Shown here: positions 9,165 to 21,736 of the stretch, piece after piece
Layout of the letters: each line of letters begins with the position of its first letter
Position numbering within the stretch: position 1 is the stretch's first letter
Source of the DNA: Diplonema japonicum
Lineage: Eukaryota; Protista; Euglenozoa: Diplonemea
NCBI GenBank assembly: GCA_964019335.1
Contig: OZ025650.1
Location: 372,001 to 436,000, forward strand
DNA: 64,000 nucleotides
Direction: 5' to 3'
Program-made: the position numbers and the translations under genes
The notes under the pieces: generated by a model
Database searches by the model: none
What the model saw: only the letters and a program-made list of their open reading frames with translations
What the model was told of the DNA's origin: nothing

Positions 9165-11222
9165 TCATTTGTTCATCGCGCCTGCCATTTCCTGGCCAAT
9201 GAAGGCGAATTGGCTGTTCACGTTGTTCTGCTGCGCTGTGGTGGCTTGGGGAAGAGGGGGCATATTCTGTTTTTGTGTTAAAAAAACCAACCACTAGCAT
9301 ACCTGTGTGGGGGTAGGTAGGGGCATTGAAGTCTGCGCGGTTTGGGCCCTCTGCAGAGCATTGATTTGTGCCTGAAGTGCCGCTTGCTGTGCTTGGAGCT
9401 GTGCCATCATGTCGTTGCCGACAACGGGGACAGCTGCCTGCGGCACTGGCTCGCCCAACCCTGCAAAGATGGGAGGCGCACCGACGGAAGAAGAAGGAGC
9501 AAGGCCACTCACAGGGCTCTGCACAGGAGTGGGCGGGAGGTGGACTTGTTGTGTGGGAGAGTTGGCACCGGAAGCAGCGGAAAAGGCTGCAAAGTCGAAT
9601 CCGCCTTGCGGAACCTTTGTGAGGGGCGTGGCGTGCGGCGTGGGTGCAGGGTTCACCTCGCTAGGGAACAGCGTGTCCAGCCCCGACCCACTGGCGACGG
9701 GGACAGACGGCGCACGCGTACCCGAGGCCGCCGACACAGAAGCAGAGGGAGAAGCAAAGAGATCATCTAGAGCAGCATTGCCCAGCGACGCTGTGGGTAT
9801 ACCCTGCGACGGCATAGGAGTAGGCGCCACAGGTGTGGCCATGGGCGTGGGTGCTATAGGTGCTGCAGCCGTTGACAGCATCGCGAACAGGTCGCCGTCA
9901 CTCTGCACCGCAACATTGGGCTCCATCTGCAAGGGTGCCCCCGTAGGCACAGCAGAATTAAGCTTCTTTCCCCTCTTTTTAAGTTTCGTGCCTTCACTCT
10001 TCTTCTTTCGTGGTGCAGGTGCCGTCGAAGCGGACACCACTTCCTCGTCGTTCGCCACGACAGGGTCCGCGTGCACTGCCATGACACCAGGGACGACGAT
10101 CGTTCTCTTCGTCGCAACTACTTCAGGCACCTTCAGCGCTAAAAGCACCTTCTTCGCTTTCTCCTTCACTGTTGTCTGCACGACGTTTACATTCTTCTGA
10201 ATGTCTTCAGGGTTCTCGGTGAAGTACTCTACCACTTCAGTGTTATTCGCCTTCACGAGCGCTTCGATCAGCGTCAGAACGTTGAGGCGCACTTGCCACC
10301 CGATTTTTTGGCCTAGCTTCTCGTCCAGACGTGGCGCTAGTTCGTCGCCTTCCTCTTCCTCAATGACGGCTATCTCTTTCATAAACTTGCTGATGTCGCC
10401 CCTACCAGGTGCTGACGACTTGGAGCTGTACGTCTGGATCACCTGTTGCATGGATGTCAGCACGTCAGCGTCCTTTACCACGAGAGAAGCCCCCGGCGAG
10501 TCCTGCTCTCCTTTGAAGCCCCATGTTGGGGAGCTTGAGCTCTGCGGACTCCCGGCAGATGCAGGAGGTGCGCTGTTCCCGAAGTTCCCGACGTAGCCCG
10601 CTCCCTTGTTCTGTTCCTCCATCTGGGACATCAGATTCGTATGATTGTTACCCTGCGATATGCCCAGTTTCGCGACTGCTGATTTGAGACCACTGAAGAC
10701 GCCCTCCGGCTTCTTGTTCCGTGCGTCAATGGCATCTTGCAGCTTATTGCTCTTTGGCTTGAAGGAGCTATCAGTATCCCGGAAGCTCGAATCATGCATC
10801 TTCTCATCCCGAGTGTTGGCACCATGGCCTTCAAGGGAGTTTACTACTTTGGAACTAGCTTGTTCGGAGAAGATAGCATCCATCACCTCTCTGCCTGCGT
10901 CACGGACCTGCTGGTTCAGCCTGTCTTCATGGACTGGGTCTCGTGCGCCCCTGTAGTTAGCGAAGGCTCGCATCTGGTCGGAGTGCTTCTGCATTGTTTT
11001 TTGGAAGTCGGGGTGCCCATTCGTGGCACAGTGCTTGATCACTTTCAGTGTTTTCGTCATTTGCAGAGGCGTCTTGAACGACTCCAGCTTCTCCACTAAA
11101 GACTCAGCCAGTTTCTTCGAGTTGTTCATATCTGAAAATGTGAACTGCGAAAAATCACGATACACGTAACCCGGCGTCGGATCAGCCTTATCTAAGGCTG
11201 CTGCTTTGATAAGCTTCTTCAT
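9165..11222 (-). CDS. Tepsin-like AP-4 accessory protein (ENTH/VHS); exons 11222-9303, 9266-9165
   Basis: N-terminal DPTPGYVY ENTH-like domain, second helical domain; splicing restores a C-terminal SQFAFI motif. Confidence 0.82.
9267..9302 (-). other. Spliceosomal intron, 36 nt
   Basis: GTATGC...AAACAG; removes a stop codon. Confidence 0.85.
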
Positions 11223-11369
11223 GGTTTACTTTCCCCTTTTTCTCTCTTTTTCTCTTCCCCTCCTTCCCGCTGATATGTTACTAAATAAACCGGAGGAGGG
11301 GGAAAATCACTATAAAAAAAAAAAAAAAAAACTATGGGAAGCACGTAGAATAATAATGGGAGGAAAAAT

Positions 11370-12644
11370 CTACAAACCGACCCGCAGGACCATATCAAGA
11401 GCAACATGGATGAGATAACGAAGGCCGTCCGCTGTGTTGAGATTCTCTCGTTTTACAACAGGCGGCGGCGGGAGAACGGTGAAGGGGTCGAACTTCACAT
11501 AGACGTGATCAGGGATGTCATCGGGGGGGATGATCCTTGGGAGCGTAAGGTGAGCCTCGCCAAGACAACGAACCTCGGAAGAGGTGGGGACAGGCGCAGA
11601 CGAGTCAAATGGATCGAACAGGCCACTGTTGCTGCCCGGCTGCTTCATCAAATCGACAAGTGCCGTCCAGTAACGGGCGGTTAACAAATCATCGTATCCA
11701 CCTCCGCCGAGCAGCAGTGTGGGCAGGTTCCAGTTTCTAACATAAGACATACACTGCAACATGCATGGGACCGATAAGTTCAGCTCCCCTACAGGATCGC
11801 CTTGAAGACAGTCCGCGCCGCACACCACAACCACAGCATCTGGTTTGAAACACATTTTAACTCCTTCCGCAATGCGTCGGAATGTGTAATGATACAAGCT
11901 GTCATCACAACCTGTGTGAAGAGGGACGTTCAAGTTGTGCATGGAGCCAACGGACTTTCCAGTGTCGGGCATACCACCGCCCACAGGGTAGATCCCAGGC
12001 CCATGCATGTGAAAGGACAGTGTGAAGACGCGGTCGGAGCGATAGAAGGCTTGCTGCACAGCGTCCCCATGGTGGGCATCGATGTCGATCACTAAAACCT
12101 TTTTGATGTCTTTGCTTAGAAGTTCGTTCACCGCCAGCACGACGTCCGCCACATAGCAGAACCCCTGCGGGGTGTCTTGGAACGCGTGGTGCCGTCCTCC
12201 TTCCCAATGCACTGCTCGCAAAAACTCCCCGTTTCGCAACGACCTCGCCGCCCCTACAGAGCCCCCCACCACCTCACGGACATAGTTCCAGATATTATGA
12301 AACCTCGGGCAATCGCCTGTCAACTTGCTTCCTTCCCTCGGGGACTCGATCCGCAGTACCGGTTCATCTAGTATCTCAGCCAAGGTCTCCGGGATTTCTA
12401 CATTCTCTTCCTCTTCCTCTTCCTCTTCACCTCCTTCTCGCAGATCTGTCACATAGTTCATATCATGATACTCTTCTATCAACTCAGCGCTCTCGTCTTC
12501 ATCCAAAATCCCGACCTCACCAACACCTTCTAGCATCCCCGTACCTTCCATTAACAAATGCACCATCACACCCCGATCAGGGTGTCTTGGATGTCTTGTT
12601 CTGTGCGTATGGCGCACTCCACGGACGACACCCAAAGTTTGCAT
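11370..12644 (-). CDS. Class I histone deacetylase (HDAC8/Rpd3-like)
   Basis: GGRHHA, GFCY, DIDAHHGD, SFH, GAD, GGGGY motifs; ATG at 12644. Confidence 0.93.
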   Translation of the reverse strand: MQTLGVVRGVRHTHRTRHPRHPDRGVMVHLLMEGTGMLEGVGEVGILDEDESAELIEEYHDMNYVTDLREGGEEEEEEEENVEIPETLAEILDEPVLRIESPREGSKLTGDCPRFHNIWNYVREVVGGSVGAARSLRNGEFLRAVHWEGGRHHAFQDTPQGFCYVADVVLAVNELLSKDIKKVLVIDIDAHHGDAVQQAFYRSDRVFTLSFHMHGPGIYPVGGGMPDTGKSVGSMHNLNVPLHTGCDDSLYHYTFRRIAEGVKMCFKPDAVVVVCGADCLQGDPVGELNLSVPCMLQCMSYVRNWNLPTLLLGGGGYDDLLTARYWTALVDLMKQPGSNSGLFDPFDSSAPVPTSSEVRCLGEAHLTLPRIIPPDDIPDHVYVKFDPFTVLPPPPVVKRENLNTADGLRYLIHVALDMVLRVGL

Positions 12645-12918
12645 TTCTTTTTTTTCTTTTTTAAATTCTTCCAAGCAGAATAGACAGATGGGTGGTGAAA
12701 TTAAACAAAATAAATAGGGATAAAAGAAGCGACGCGGTTTAAAAAGAGAGGAAAAAAAAGGACGTTTGTGCATATGTTTTGCGCTGCTTTTTTTCTTCTT
12801 CGTCTTCTTTTTAAAAAAAAAAAAAAAGTTATTATTTCTGTTCCGAGTAAATGCGTAGCGAGAAAAGAAAAAAAGGAGAAAACAAACAGGACACCATCTC
12901 AAAAAAAAAAAAAAAAGC

Positions 12919-14094
12919 TCATTTCTTCGTATAGAATTTCTCCACACACAACGCACGGCCCACTTCGTTCCAATACTCGGAGAGCTCAACGTTCTCCCAG
13001 CTGAGGTTTCCTGCAGGCTGGAAGATATTGCTGAAGATATGTTCGAGGACAGATTCTTCATCAAGGGTGAGAGGGGTGCTGATGGCGTCGATGTTTTGCT
13101 GGCAACGCTGCGGGCTGGTCGTCGACACCAGTGTGGTGGCGATGTTCTCGTTACGAAGAACAAAGTGCACAGCAAGCTTGCTGATATCGACAGACTTCGA
13201 CTGGCAGTACTGAATAGCTTTCCTGCACGTCTCCTTGCAAAGACTCGTTGCTGGGTGCCACGCAGGCGGTTCCCTGTTCATCAACAAACCCATCGATATC
13301 GGCGACGCATTCACAACAGCAATTCTCAACTTCTTACAAGTCTCCCAATAACCAGACTCAAGAAGGCTCCTGTCATTCAACGTATACCTGCAGTAAGTCA
13401 ACGACGTGTGGATAGGACGCCCGGCCTCAAAACTCTTCTTTATAATCTCTTCCTGGACCCCTATGGGGTACCCTGTCATGCCGACCAACCTCGTCATCCC
13501 CTCTTCCTTCGCCTTGTACAACGCAGGGATCGTCTCATTCACAATGATGTCCACTGCAGGGCAGAACTCAGGGTCGTGGACCTGCATAACGTCAACTTGG
13601 TCGAGTTGAAGGCGCTTCAAGGAGTCCTTCACACCTTGGTACGTTCTAGCATATGTGAAATCGAACATTCTCATGAGCTCCTTGTCGTACCTGCATACTT
13701 TTGACATTATGTAGTATGCCTTTCTTGGGACATTCTTAAGAGCGTGTCCCAGAAGCCGTTCCGACTTGCCTTGTCCGTACCAGTGCGAAGTGTCGATTAG
13801 ATTTCCGCCTGCTTTTAAGAAGATCATTAGAATTTCCGTTGCTCTTTTTATGTCTGATTCTGGTTCCTCCTGCCACCACACACTGTCTTCTTCCTGCATC
13901 CCGCCGCCCACCAGGCCTGTTCCTTCCCCTGCGGTGTGCATCCCGCCCAACCCGCTCCCCCCAAATGACAAGATAGAAACAAGGCCCAGATGCTCTACCT
14001 CCCTGTACTTCATCTTCCTCACAACAGCCTCGTCGTGGAAGCCTTCAACAAATGTAGCAGGACGCACCCATGATGATGCTGATGATTTCGACAT
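12919..14094 (-). CDS. Aldo/keto reductase (L-galactose/D-arabinose dehydrogenase-like)
   Basis: IDTSHWYGQGKSE, SKVCRY, SLKRLQLD..QVHD, NASPISMGLL. Confidence 0.9.
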   Translation of the reverse strand: MSKSSASSWVRPATFVEGFHDEAVVRKMKYREVEHLGLVSILSFGGSGLGGMHTAGEGTGLVGGGMQEEDSVWWQEEPESDIKRATEILMIFLKAGGNLIDTSHWYGQGKSERLLGHALKNVPRKAYYIMSKVCRYDKELMRMFDFTYARTYQGVKDSLKRLQLDQVDVMQVHDPEFCPAVDIIVNETIPALYKAKEEGMTRLVGMTGYPIGVQEEIIKKSFEAGRPIHTSLTYCRYTLNDRSLLESGYWETCKKLRIAVVNASPISMGLLMNREPPAWHPATSLCKETCRKAIQYCQSKSVDISKLAVHFVLRNENIATTLVSTTSPQRCQQNIDAISTPLTLDEESVLEHIFSNIFQPAGNLSWENVELSEYWNEVGRALCVEKFYTKK

Positions 14095-14209
14095 TGCTTG
14101 TGCTCGCCCCCCTTAAAGATGGGATGTGGAATGGTCACGAATAACACTAAAAGGGGTAAAGTCTGAACACTTACTTTTTTAAGACACTTTTTCGTTGACG
14201 TCCGGATGT

Positions 14210-15154
14210 TTAAAACCGTCTTTTCCCGCGTGCAGGTTCAGAGCGGCGTGCAGGTTCAGAGCGGCGTGTAGGCTCCACGTGCCGTGGTAGTTCGGCCCGT
14301 GGCTGAATATCTGAACGGGTGGAAATAGCTGCGCCGATGGCATCGAGGACGATGGGTTTGTTGCCTTGGTTGAGCGTGCAGGTGAAGGTGATATTCCCAC
14401 CAACCTCTAGCCAGTTTCCAGCACGGGCTATGGCATCTTTGTTAACAAAGGCAACGTTCTTGAGGGCTGGAGAGGACAGGTACCCGTAGCCGTCCTTCCA
14501 GCTCGTAACCGTGCCATGGTACATCCGTCCTGCGACAGGTGTGACAGCACCCGTACTACCCCCTTGTTCCCTGCCAAAGTCCCTCTGTCTTTGAGGGCTT
14601 TCCCTTTCATCGCCCCTTCTCCTGTCCCTTCTGTCCGATTCCCATAGATCCCTTGGCGGGCCTTTTGAATCCTGCGATCTCCTGTCGTCCTCACCGCCCC
14701 AAAGATCCTTAGGCGGGCCTCGTCCGTCTCTAGGTAGATCTCGTTCGTCCCTTGGCGGGACTCCATCCCTGCGGTCGACTCTGCTGCCCCTTGGTGGCGG
14801 ATCCCGTTTGTCATAGCTACGGTCGTCTTTAGGTGGGGGCCTGGTGTCATAACTACGGTCGTCTTTAAGTGGTCTGGTGTCATAGCTACGGTCGTCATAA
14901 CTACGGTCGTCTCTAGGTGGGGGCCTGGTGTCTCTGTCCTTTCGGGACGATCCTTTTTTTCTTACGCCAGGTCCGGTCACATTTACTCCACAATCTTTCC
15001 CTCTGCTGGTCCCCATAGAAAAGTACACGGTCTCACCAGGTACCAACTCAACATCCGCCCCGATCACATCTCGATGGATGAAGACATCGCCCTTCTCAGC
15101 ACTATCGACGAAACCGAATGTATGGGTCCAGTTCTTGACCCGTCCTTTATACAT
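14210..15154 (-). CDS. Two cold-shock-domain RNA-binding protein with DDRSY/RD-rich linker
   Basis: GRVKNW..FGFV...DVFIH and GTVTSW..YGYL; ATG at 15154. Confidence 0.88.
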   Translation of the reverse strand: MYKGRVKNWTHTFGFVDSAEKGDVFIHRDVIGADVELVPGETVYFSMGTSRGKDCGVNVTGPGVRKKGSSRKDRDTRPPPRDDRSYDDRSYDTRPLKDDRSYDTRPPPKDDRSYDKRDPPPRGSRVDRRDGVPPRDERDLPRDGRGPPKDLWGGEDDRRSQDSKGPPRDLWESDRRDRRRGDERESPQRQRDFGREQGGSTGAVTPVAGRMYHGTVTSWKDGYGYLSSPALKNVAFVNKDAIARAGNWLEVGGNITFTCTLNQGNKPIVLDAIGAAISTRSDIQPRAELPRHVEPTRRSEPARRSEPARGKRRF

Positions 15155-15674
15155 GTTCTCCTCCTCCCCTCCTTTTTTGTACGGGATGATCTGAGAGTTA
15201 CAAAGAAGAGTAAAAAATAAAAAACGAAAATAAATGAGGGAAGATTCTAAAAGAATGGGGGAGGGGGGAAAGAAGAAGAAAAATAAAAGAAGAAAAAGAT
15301 GGAAAGATATATTGAGTAGGAAAAAAATGTAAAGAAAAAAAAATAAAAGAAAAAAAGGGAAACATAAAAAAGGAATGAAGCCGCAAGTGGGGTGTGGGGA
15401 AGAACACACTTATCTTTTTTTTTAACTCTTTTAACTTTTATTCTCCCCCTTTCTTTCTTCGACTTAATCTACGTAAAGTAAGAGGGGGGGGGGGGGGTGT
15501 TTTTGGGGGGTTCCCGATACGGAGTTGTTGCAATTTAAAAAAGAAAGGGGAAAGACACACACACATTGACAAATAAAAAAAAAAGAAAAAAAAAAGCAAT
15601 GAAATAAGTGAAATCATCACGCGGGAAGTAGAAGGAAAGGAGCGGGAAAGCAAATCACATCTCTCGTCTCTAGC

Positions 15675-18600
15675 TTACAATGTCACATCAGTACCTGTCG
15701 CTTGGAGTTGGTTGATCACGGTTTCCTTTTTTTTTTTTTTTTTTTTCCCGCTTTTCTTTACATACATCAGGCCAGATGATCTTCTCCAGCAAGAAAGCCC
15801 TATGCACATCCTCGGGGTATTCATCAGGATGGCTCTTCACGAAATCCCGGATTTCCACCAAGATTTTCTTGTACTTGGCAGAAACAGCGATTGAGCCTTG
15901 TGCTTGGTTCAGAAGCGTTTCAATCTTCTTCTTTTGCCTTCCAACTTTTTCGCTGGGTGAGTTCCCTGGTATCTTGTCGGTCCAGCTAGAAGTGCTACCT
16001 GTGTTGGACTCGAGGTCCACAAGAATAGACTCCTCTGCGTCGATCTGCCCTCTTATCCTTGCAAGGTTCTCCGTCTCCCTCTGCTGCAGCTCAGCCACGA
16101 AGTCCCACTCTGACTTGCACAGTCCAAGCTGTGTCTGGTGCACAGTCATCATCCCCTGTTCCAGTGCTTCTGTGTTTTCCGTGACTGCTATCGCCAACGG
16201 TTTGTCCATGCTGTCCACCAACCCCATCTGCTTGACCTTGCACACCGCCACTGCTTGCAGTGCTTTCTGCTGGTTGTCGAAGTCTGCCTTCTCCGCCAGG
16301 ACCCTCCTCTTCACCTGCTGCATCAGCTCGTGGTAGAACGCGTTCTGTCTCTGGTTCTGTAGCAGCCCGATCTCCAGATCATGCAGCTGTGTTCTGTCCT
16401 TTTCGATGTCGCGCACCTTCATCGCCAGCCTTGACTTCAGCTCTGCAGTCTTCTTATGATAGTCGGCACCATTCTCCTCTTCCTGACGAAGCATCTGCGT
16501 CGTCTTTGTCTCATACCCCCCGAACGCCGTGTCGAGCTGCCTCCCCTTCGCGATAGCATCGTCTCTGTCTGCGCGGTGCTGCTTCAGGGACGAGCGTGCC
16601 TTGGTCTGTTCCAGCTTCAGGTGCTTTAGTCTGCCGTGCAACGACTCATTGACTTGCGCGCGTTCACTCATCTGGTTCAGCCTCTCTGCACCAATGCGTC
16701 TCGCCGCCCTCAGTTCCTCAAGGATTTTCTGCTTCCTCTGCGGTGTTGCCTCCTGCTTTCCACCTGTCACAGCTTTCAGGTTGGCCAGCGCGCGTTCCAC
16801 GGCAGCAATAGGCTCATTGTAGATCTTCGTAATCTTCTCGCTCTCGCAAATGTCCTCTAGCAAGTGGATGAAGGGGTCCAGAGAAGCAGTGCTCTGCGCC
16901 CTGCTCACGCATGGCGTGTCGGCAATGGCGCTGTCCGTGATGGTGTTGTTGATGTCGTCGAGCAGCTTTTGGATGGCTGTCACTACAGTGCTTGGCAGCT
17001 GCGAGCTTAACTTGTTTTGTGCATTCTGCCATATCTGCATCAGATTCGTGAGTGAGAAGTCTTTAGCACTGTTCGGCTGTGCACCACGCGCCTTCTCCCT
17101 CACCTTCGACTTGACGACGATGTCGTTCACGTGGCTAGCAACCATCTCATGGAACGCAGCGTCCTGCAGTGGCACACAGAACTGGCGCCTTTTCTCCAGC
17201 TGTAAGAACTCGAACTCCAGGTGCTCGAGCTGCGTCCTCGTCTCCTTGATAGTGGCACGCTTTGCGTTCACCATCTTCTGTAAGACATCTGGGTCATCAG
17301 AGACTTCCTTCTGCGACATTGAGATCTCGTTGCCTGTTACGACATCCTTCAACTTGGAGGCCTTCTCCTCTGCCTGGATCCGTGCCTTCCTCTCAGCCTC
17401 CACCTCCTTTTCAAGTCGCGCTCGAATCTGTTTGTCCTTCTCAGCTTGGGCCCTCAGTTCCTCTTGGCCATTCAGCGCCTCAGAAAGCTGTTGCACAATA
17501 ACTTCCAACTGTCTTGTCCTTTCTTGTATTTCATTCTGTAGAGCAGCAACATCTGGAGACACTTGAGGATTAGGCTGAGTTGTTCGCTGAACCGTGGGTT
17601 TGGCCTTTGCCTTCGGCTTCTGAGTGCCGTTAGTCATCTGCATAGGTAGCTCAGGTGTAGCCACCGGTGCGACCTTACCTGCAGATTCAGTCCCCTCTAC
17701 CTGTACTTCAACAGTAGGTGCTGCCTGGACCTCTTCGGCCTTTTCTTCGGACACTTCGATAGTCTCAACTGCCTCCATGGTCTGTGCTTCGACAGCCTGG
17801 TCTTCGACCTCGGGGATCTCTTCAATTGCAGCTTGTGTTTGTTCTTCTACAGATTTGGCCGCAGGACCTTCCTCGGCAGCTTCTTTCTCAGCAGCCAGTT
17901 CAGCAGCTTCTTTCTCAGAGGCTACCTGGGCAGCAGCCTGTTCAGCAGCTTCTTTCTCGGCAGCAGCTTTTTCGGCAGATTCTTTCTCAGCAGCCAGTGC
18001 AGCAGCTTTCTCGGCAGATTCTTTCTCAGCAGCCACTTCAGCAGCTTTTTCGGCAGCCTCCGCCTCTCGGGCAATTTTCTCCGCGGCCTCTTTTTCAGCG
18101 GCTTCCTTTTCAGCAGCGGCTTCTTCAGCGGCTTCCTTCTCAGCAGCAACCCTGGACTCTTCCGCTTCCCTCTCGGCCTTCTCAGCAGCAACCCTGGTCT
18201 CTTCTGCTTCCTTCTCGGCCTTCTCAGCAGCAACCCGTTCAGCTTCAGCTGCTTCTGCAGCTTCTTTCTTTGCCTTCAACTCGGCTTCATAAGCGGCTTT
18301 TTCTTCCGCGTCTTTGATAGCTGCCAGGCGTTCTTCTTCTTCTCGCTCAGCCTGCTCCCTTGCTACTTGGGCTGCCTTGGCTGCCGTTTCTGACTCCACC
18401 CTGTCAGCTTCAAGCGTCGCTTCCTCTGCTTCATCCTCGTTGACGAGTTGCTCGCGAGCGGCTTCTTCCTCCGCAACAAGCTTCGCTACCTGATGCTGTC
18501 TCAATGCCTCCGCACGCTGGCAAGTCGCGTAGTCGTTAGCCTTTTGCACTACAAGCGATGTTGCTTCCATGCCTCGGGCAGCAGCCTGCACAAGACCAAC

Positions 18601-21588
18601 ACAGTGAAGGGTGTACTTCGTAGACGTGACCTTGCCAGACAGCAGAGCACGGAGGTGTGCTTGGAGCATCGTGGCAGCTTCAGTCTGCTTGACCCACAGG
18701 TCATATTGTTTCTGTCTGTATAACCTCTGGGAAGTGATGGAGTTGGAGAAGGCGGTGATAGTGAAGGTGTGTGCCTGTAACTGGCGATAGTAATGCGCAT
18801 GTGACGACAATTTCCACTGTGCCTGAGCACCCACAAGCCTTGCCATCCTGAGGAGGTCCCGCTCAGCTCTCTTTCCGCTGGACAGCTTGGCACGAGCGAT
18901 TGCCTGAATGTTGATGATCTTGCACTTCAGACCATGGAAGTACGTTTGGTTCATGCTGAGCTTGGATCTGGAGAAGGCTTGGATGTTCACACCCTTCCTC
19001 AGCAGATCCAAGTAGTATTTCTTGTGACAGCTCTCCTTTGCTCTGCATGCAGCCTGAATCATCACACCCTTCTGCAGAAGGTCCAGATAGTACTTCTTGT
19101 GGCAACTGAGCTTGGTACGCGCTGCTGCTTGTATCGCCCGTACCTTCGACAACAAGAACTGGTTGTAGCGGCGGGACACGCTCACCTGTTGTTTTGTGTT
19201 TGTTTGTTGTTGTTGTTTGTTGTTGCATACCCTGCTCCTGGAGAAGGTTTGGATGAGAATCCCCGACGATTCTAGCGCGAGGTCACGCTTCTTTTCAAGT
19301 TTCTTGTAAGGGGCGTCTTTCAAGAAGATCTTTGTCTTACCAATCTGGCCACTCTTTTCATCGGCAGTATCAGGTGGGCAGATCACTTCGATGAGAGCTT
19401 TGCACCCATCGAGCATGTCGTAGTCTTTGGCGTTGTCAAGGACAATGCAGAATCTTTTCCAGAAGGACTCGTGCTGGATCCTCATTGAGAATCCATTCTG
19501 CCTTATCTTAATTGTCTCAAGCACACCTGCGCACCTGAGTTGCTCCATGACCTCCGCACCGCTGAACATCCTGGCCTTCTTCGCAGAGTGCGGCTTCACA
19601 CATCGAATCCAATGGCAGTTTGTCTGATCGATGAGCTCCACCAACTCGTCAAGACTCTGCCTAAAGGCGGCTGCTGTAGTTTTCACAACTGTCCTCCCCT
19701 TTGGTGAGGTCATGGGGTCCACGGGTTCTGGAAGCAGGGAGGCGGTGAGACCCTTATCGGACTTCCTCATCAACACCTTGAGAGCGTCTTTCAGAGTGTC
19801 CAAGTTCTTCGACTTGAAGCCCTCAACAGAGTACCACACATCCGACGCGTAGTGCTTCACACCATACGACCCGTTGCAGATCTTCTTTTTGAGGAACTTG
19901 TTGTGCGGGGTGTGCGACTTGTCACCAGGCCGCGGTCCGAAGGCCTCCGTGACACTGTTCAAGAACGTCTGATCGTCAGCATTTTGTGTCTTGCAGGCAT
20001 CGTTGAGGAAGTCAAGAAGGCTGCCCTTGCCTCTAATGAGGTGCAGAGTGTCGGAGTTGTCGGGCGGGTCGATGGTCGTAGTGTCGATGCCTTCCGCATC
20101 GTACTCCACCATGTCCCTACGGAACACGCACGCGTTGTAGTGGTTCTGCAACTGCTCATTGGCCAAGTTGATGAGCATTTGTTCCAAGCTGTTCACTTTA
20201 AAGTTCTCGAAACCAAAAATATCAAGAAGGCCTATCCAGTGCTCATCGGCACCGAGCTTGCTTTCGTCTTCGACGCTCAGCACACTGTTAATCTTCTCAA
20301 TCAGCCAGCTGAACAACTTCTCATACAGCGCCTTCGACAGCCCGTCCCTGACTTCGATAGCCTGTAGGGGTTTCAGCTTTTTGATGAATGTCTCACCTCT
20401 CACTGTGTTGCTGGTGGTCAGGAGTTCCGTCTGTAGTTCCGAAGCTTCAATACCCCAAAGTTCAGCTACGAGTTTGATGGCCTCTTTATCTTCCTCGGCG
20501 ATCTCCGCTTGGTCCTCACCAACAACCTTGATGCCTTGGAAGTGCAGAATGCCGCCGATGACGTCGTAGACAGTGGTCTGCTCCTCAAGCGACAGACCCA
20601 AAATGCCCATCGCAGCACGTACCTCTCCGTAGGCCTCGGCATCGCCGGCTATCTCCTCAGCACCCGGTTCATATCCCTGGTAGATCCATCGTATCCTTTG
20701 GTGGTCCAGATGGTAGCGCTCTCGTTCGGCATCTGACGCACCCGCCATCAGTTGGTAATATGTGTGGAACGACCGCTCGTCTTCCGCATGGGTGATGATT
20801 CTCGATTTCTCTAGCAAGTAGTGCTTTGTAAAGGTCCCTACCAGAGTTCCTTCCTTGTTGAACTTGATTTTCATGAACTTCCCGAATCGAGACGAGTTGT
20901 CGTTCCTAGCCGTCTTGGCGTTCCCGAAGGCCTCCAAGATGGGCGATGTGGCGACTACACGCTTCGTGATGGCGACAGCGGCCTCGCGTTCCTCGGGAGC
21001 AGAGAAGTAAGTGCTGCACTTCGCGAGGTAGTTAGCGACGATCTTGGCGGCTTCGGTTTTACCGGCACCGGACTCACCGGAGACGAGGATGGACTGCGGC
21101 TGGTCGTTTACCTTCATAGACCAGTAGGCTTCGTGTGCGACAGACCACAAGTGGGTCATCTGTTGGGAACCAGAATTAAGAGCATTCTGCTTCTCAATGA
21201 TGTACTTCTCCATGTTGTCATCGGTGTAGTGAGGGATGTTAAAGTTGTAGGGGTTCACGGCGAGCACAATGGGCCCGATGTTCGAATAAACAAGATCCTC
21301 CCAGTACCTCTTCCTGATATGATGCAGAAGGACTGCCTCGTGCAGGTAGGGCATGTCAATCAGGTCACCCACCTCTTCAAGCGACCCCTCCACAACTGGC
21401 GCAAGCTCGTCAGTGTGGATCCCCTCCACCCTCACATCACCGTCCCGTTCCTTCCCTTCCTCATCCACCCATACCACTTTCACTTTTCCGTCCTCAGTCT
21501 TCTCCTCTACTTTCCCCAACAGCCATGAGCTTTCGCTGTTTGGGAAAAAGCTCATGACACCCACCTCAAACTGACCAAAACGCGACAT
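15675..21588 (-). CDS. Myosin heavy chain with many IQ-like repeats, an EK/A-rich helix and a coiled-coil tail; 2 introns
   Basis: GESGAGKT, NDNSSRFGK, LLDIFGFE, IRCVKP; repeated IQxxxR motifs. Confidence 0.95.
15726..15765 (-). other. Spliceosomal intron, 40 nt, poly(A) body
   Basis: GTATGT...A-run...AAG; splicing gives DETVINQLQATGTDVTL*. Confidence 0.7.
19186..19230 (-). other. In-frame spliceosomal intron, 45 nt, AAC-rich
   Basis: GTATGC(AAC-rich)CAG; its translation interrupts IQ repeat spacing. Confidence 0.85.
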
Positions 21589-21736
21589 GGTATGGAAGGA
21601 CTCCGCCGATCAAGGCGGTGAAGGTCCTGAGTGAAGTGTGAACATCAGTACATAAGAGGGGGGGGGGGGGGGGGGAGAAAAGGGAACCTACGAGCCCCTT
21701 GGAAAAGAGGATTAAAATAATCACTTAAAACTTATT

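Noticed and set aside
7317-15409. N-terminal extensions in the ORF track (7551, 13175, 15409; also 28191, 47198, 60338, 62220)
   Set aside because: Mostly poly-F/poly-K translations of intergenic homopolymers or non-ATG starts; downstream ATGs match domain starts
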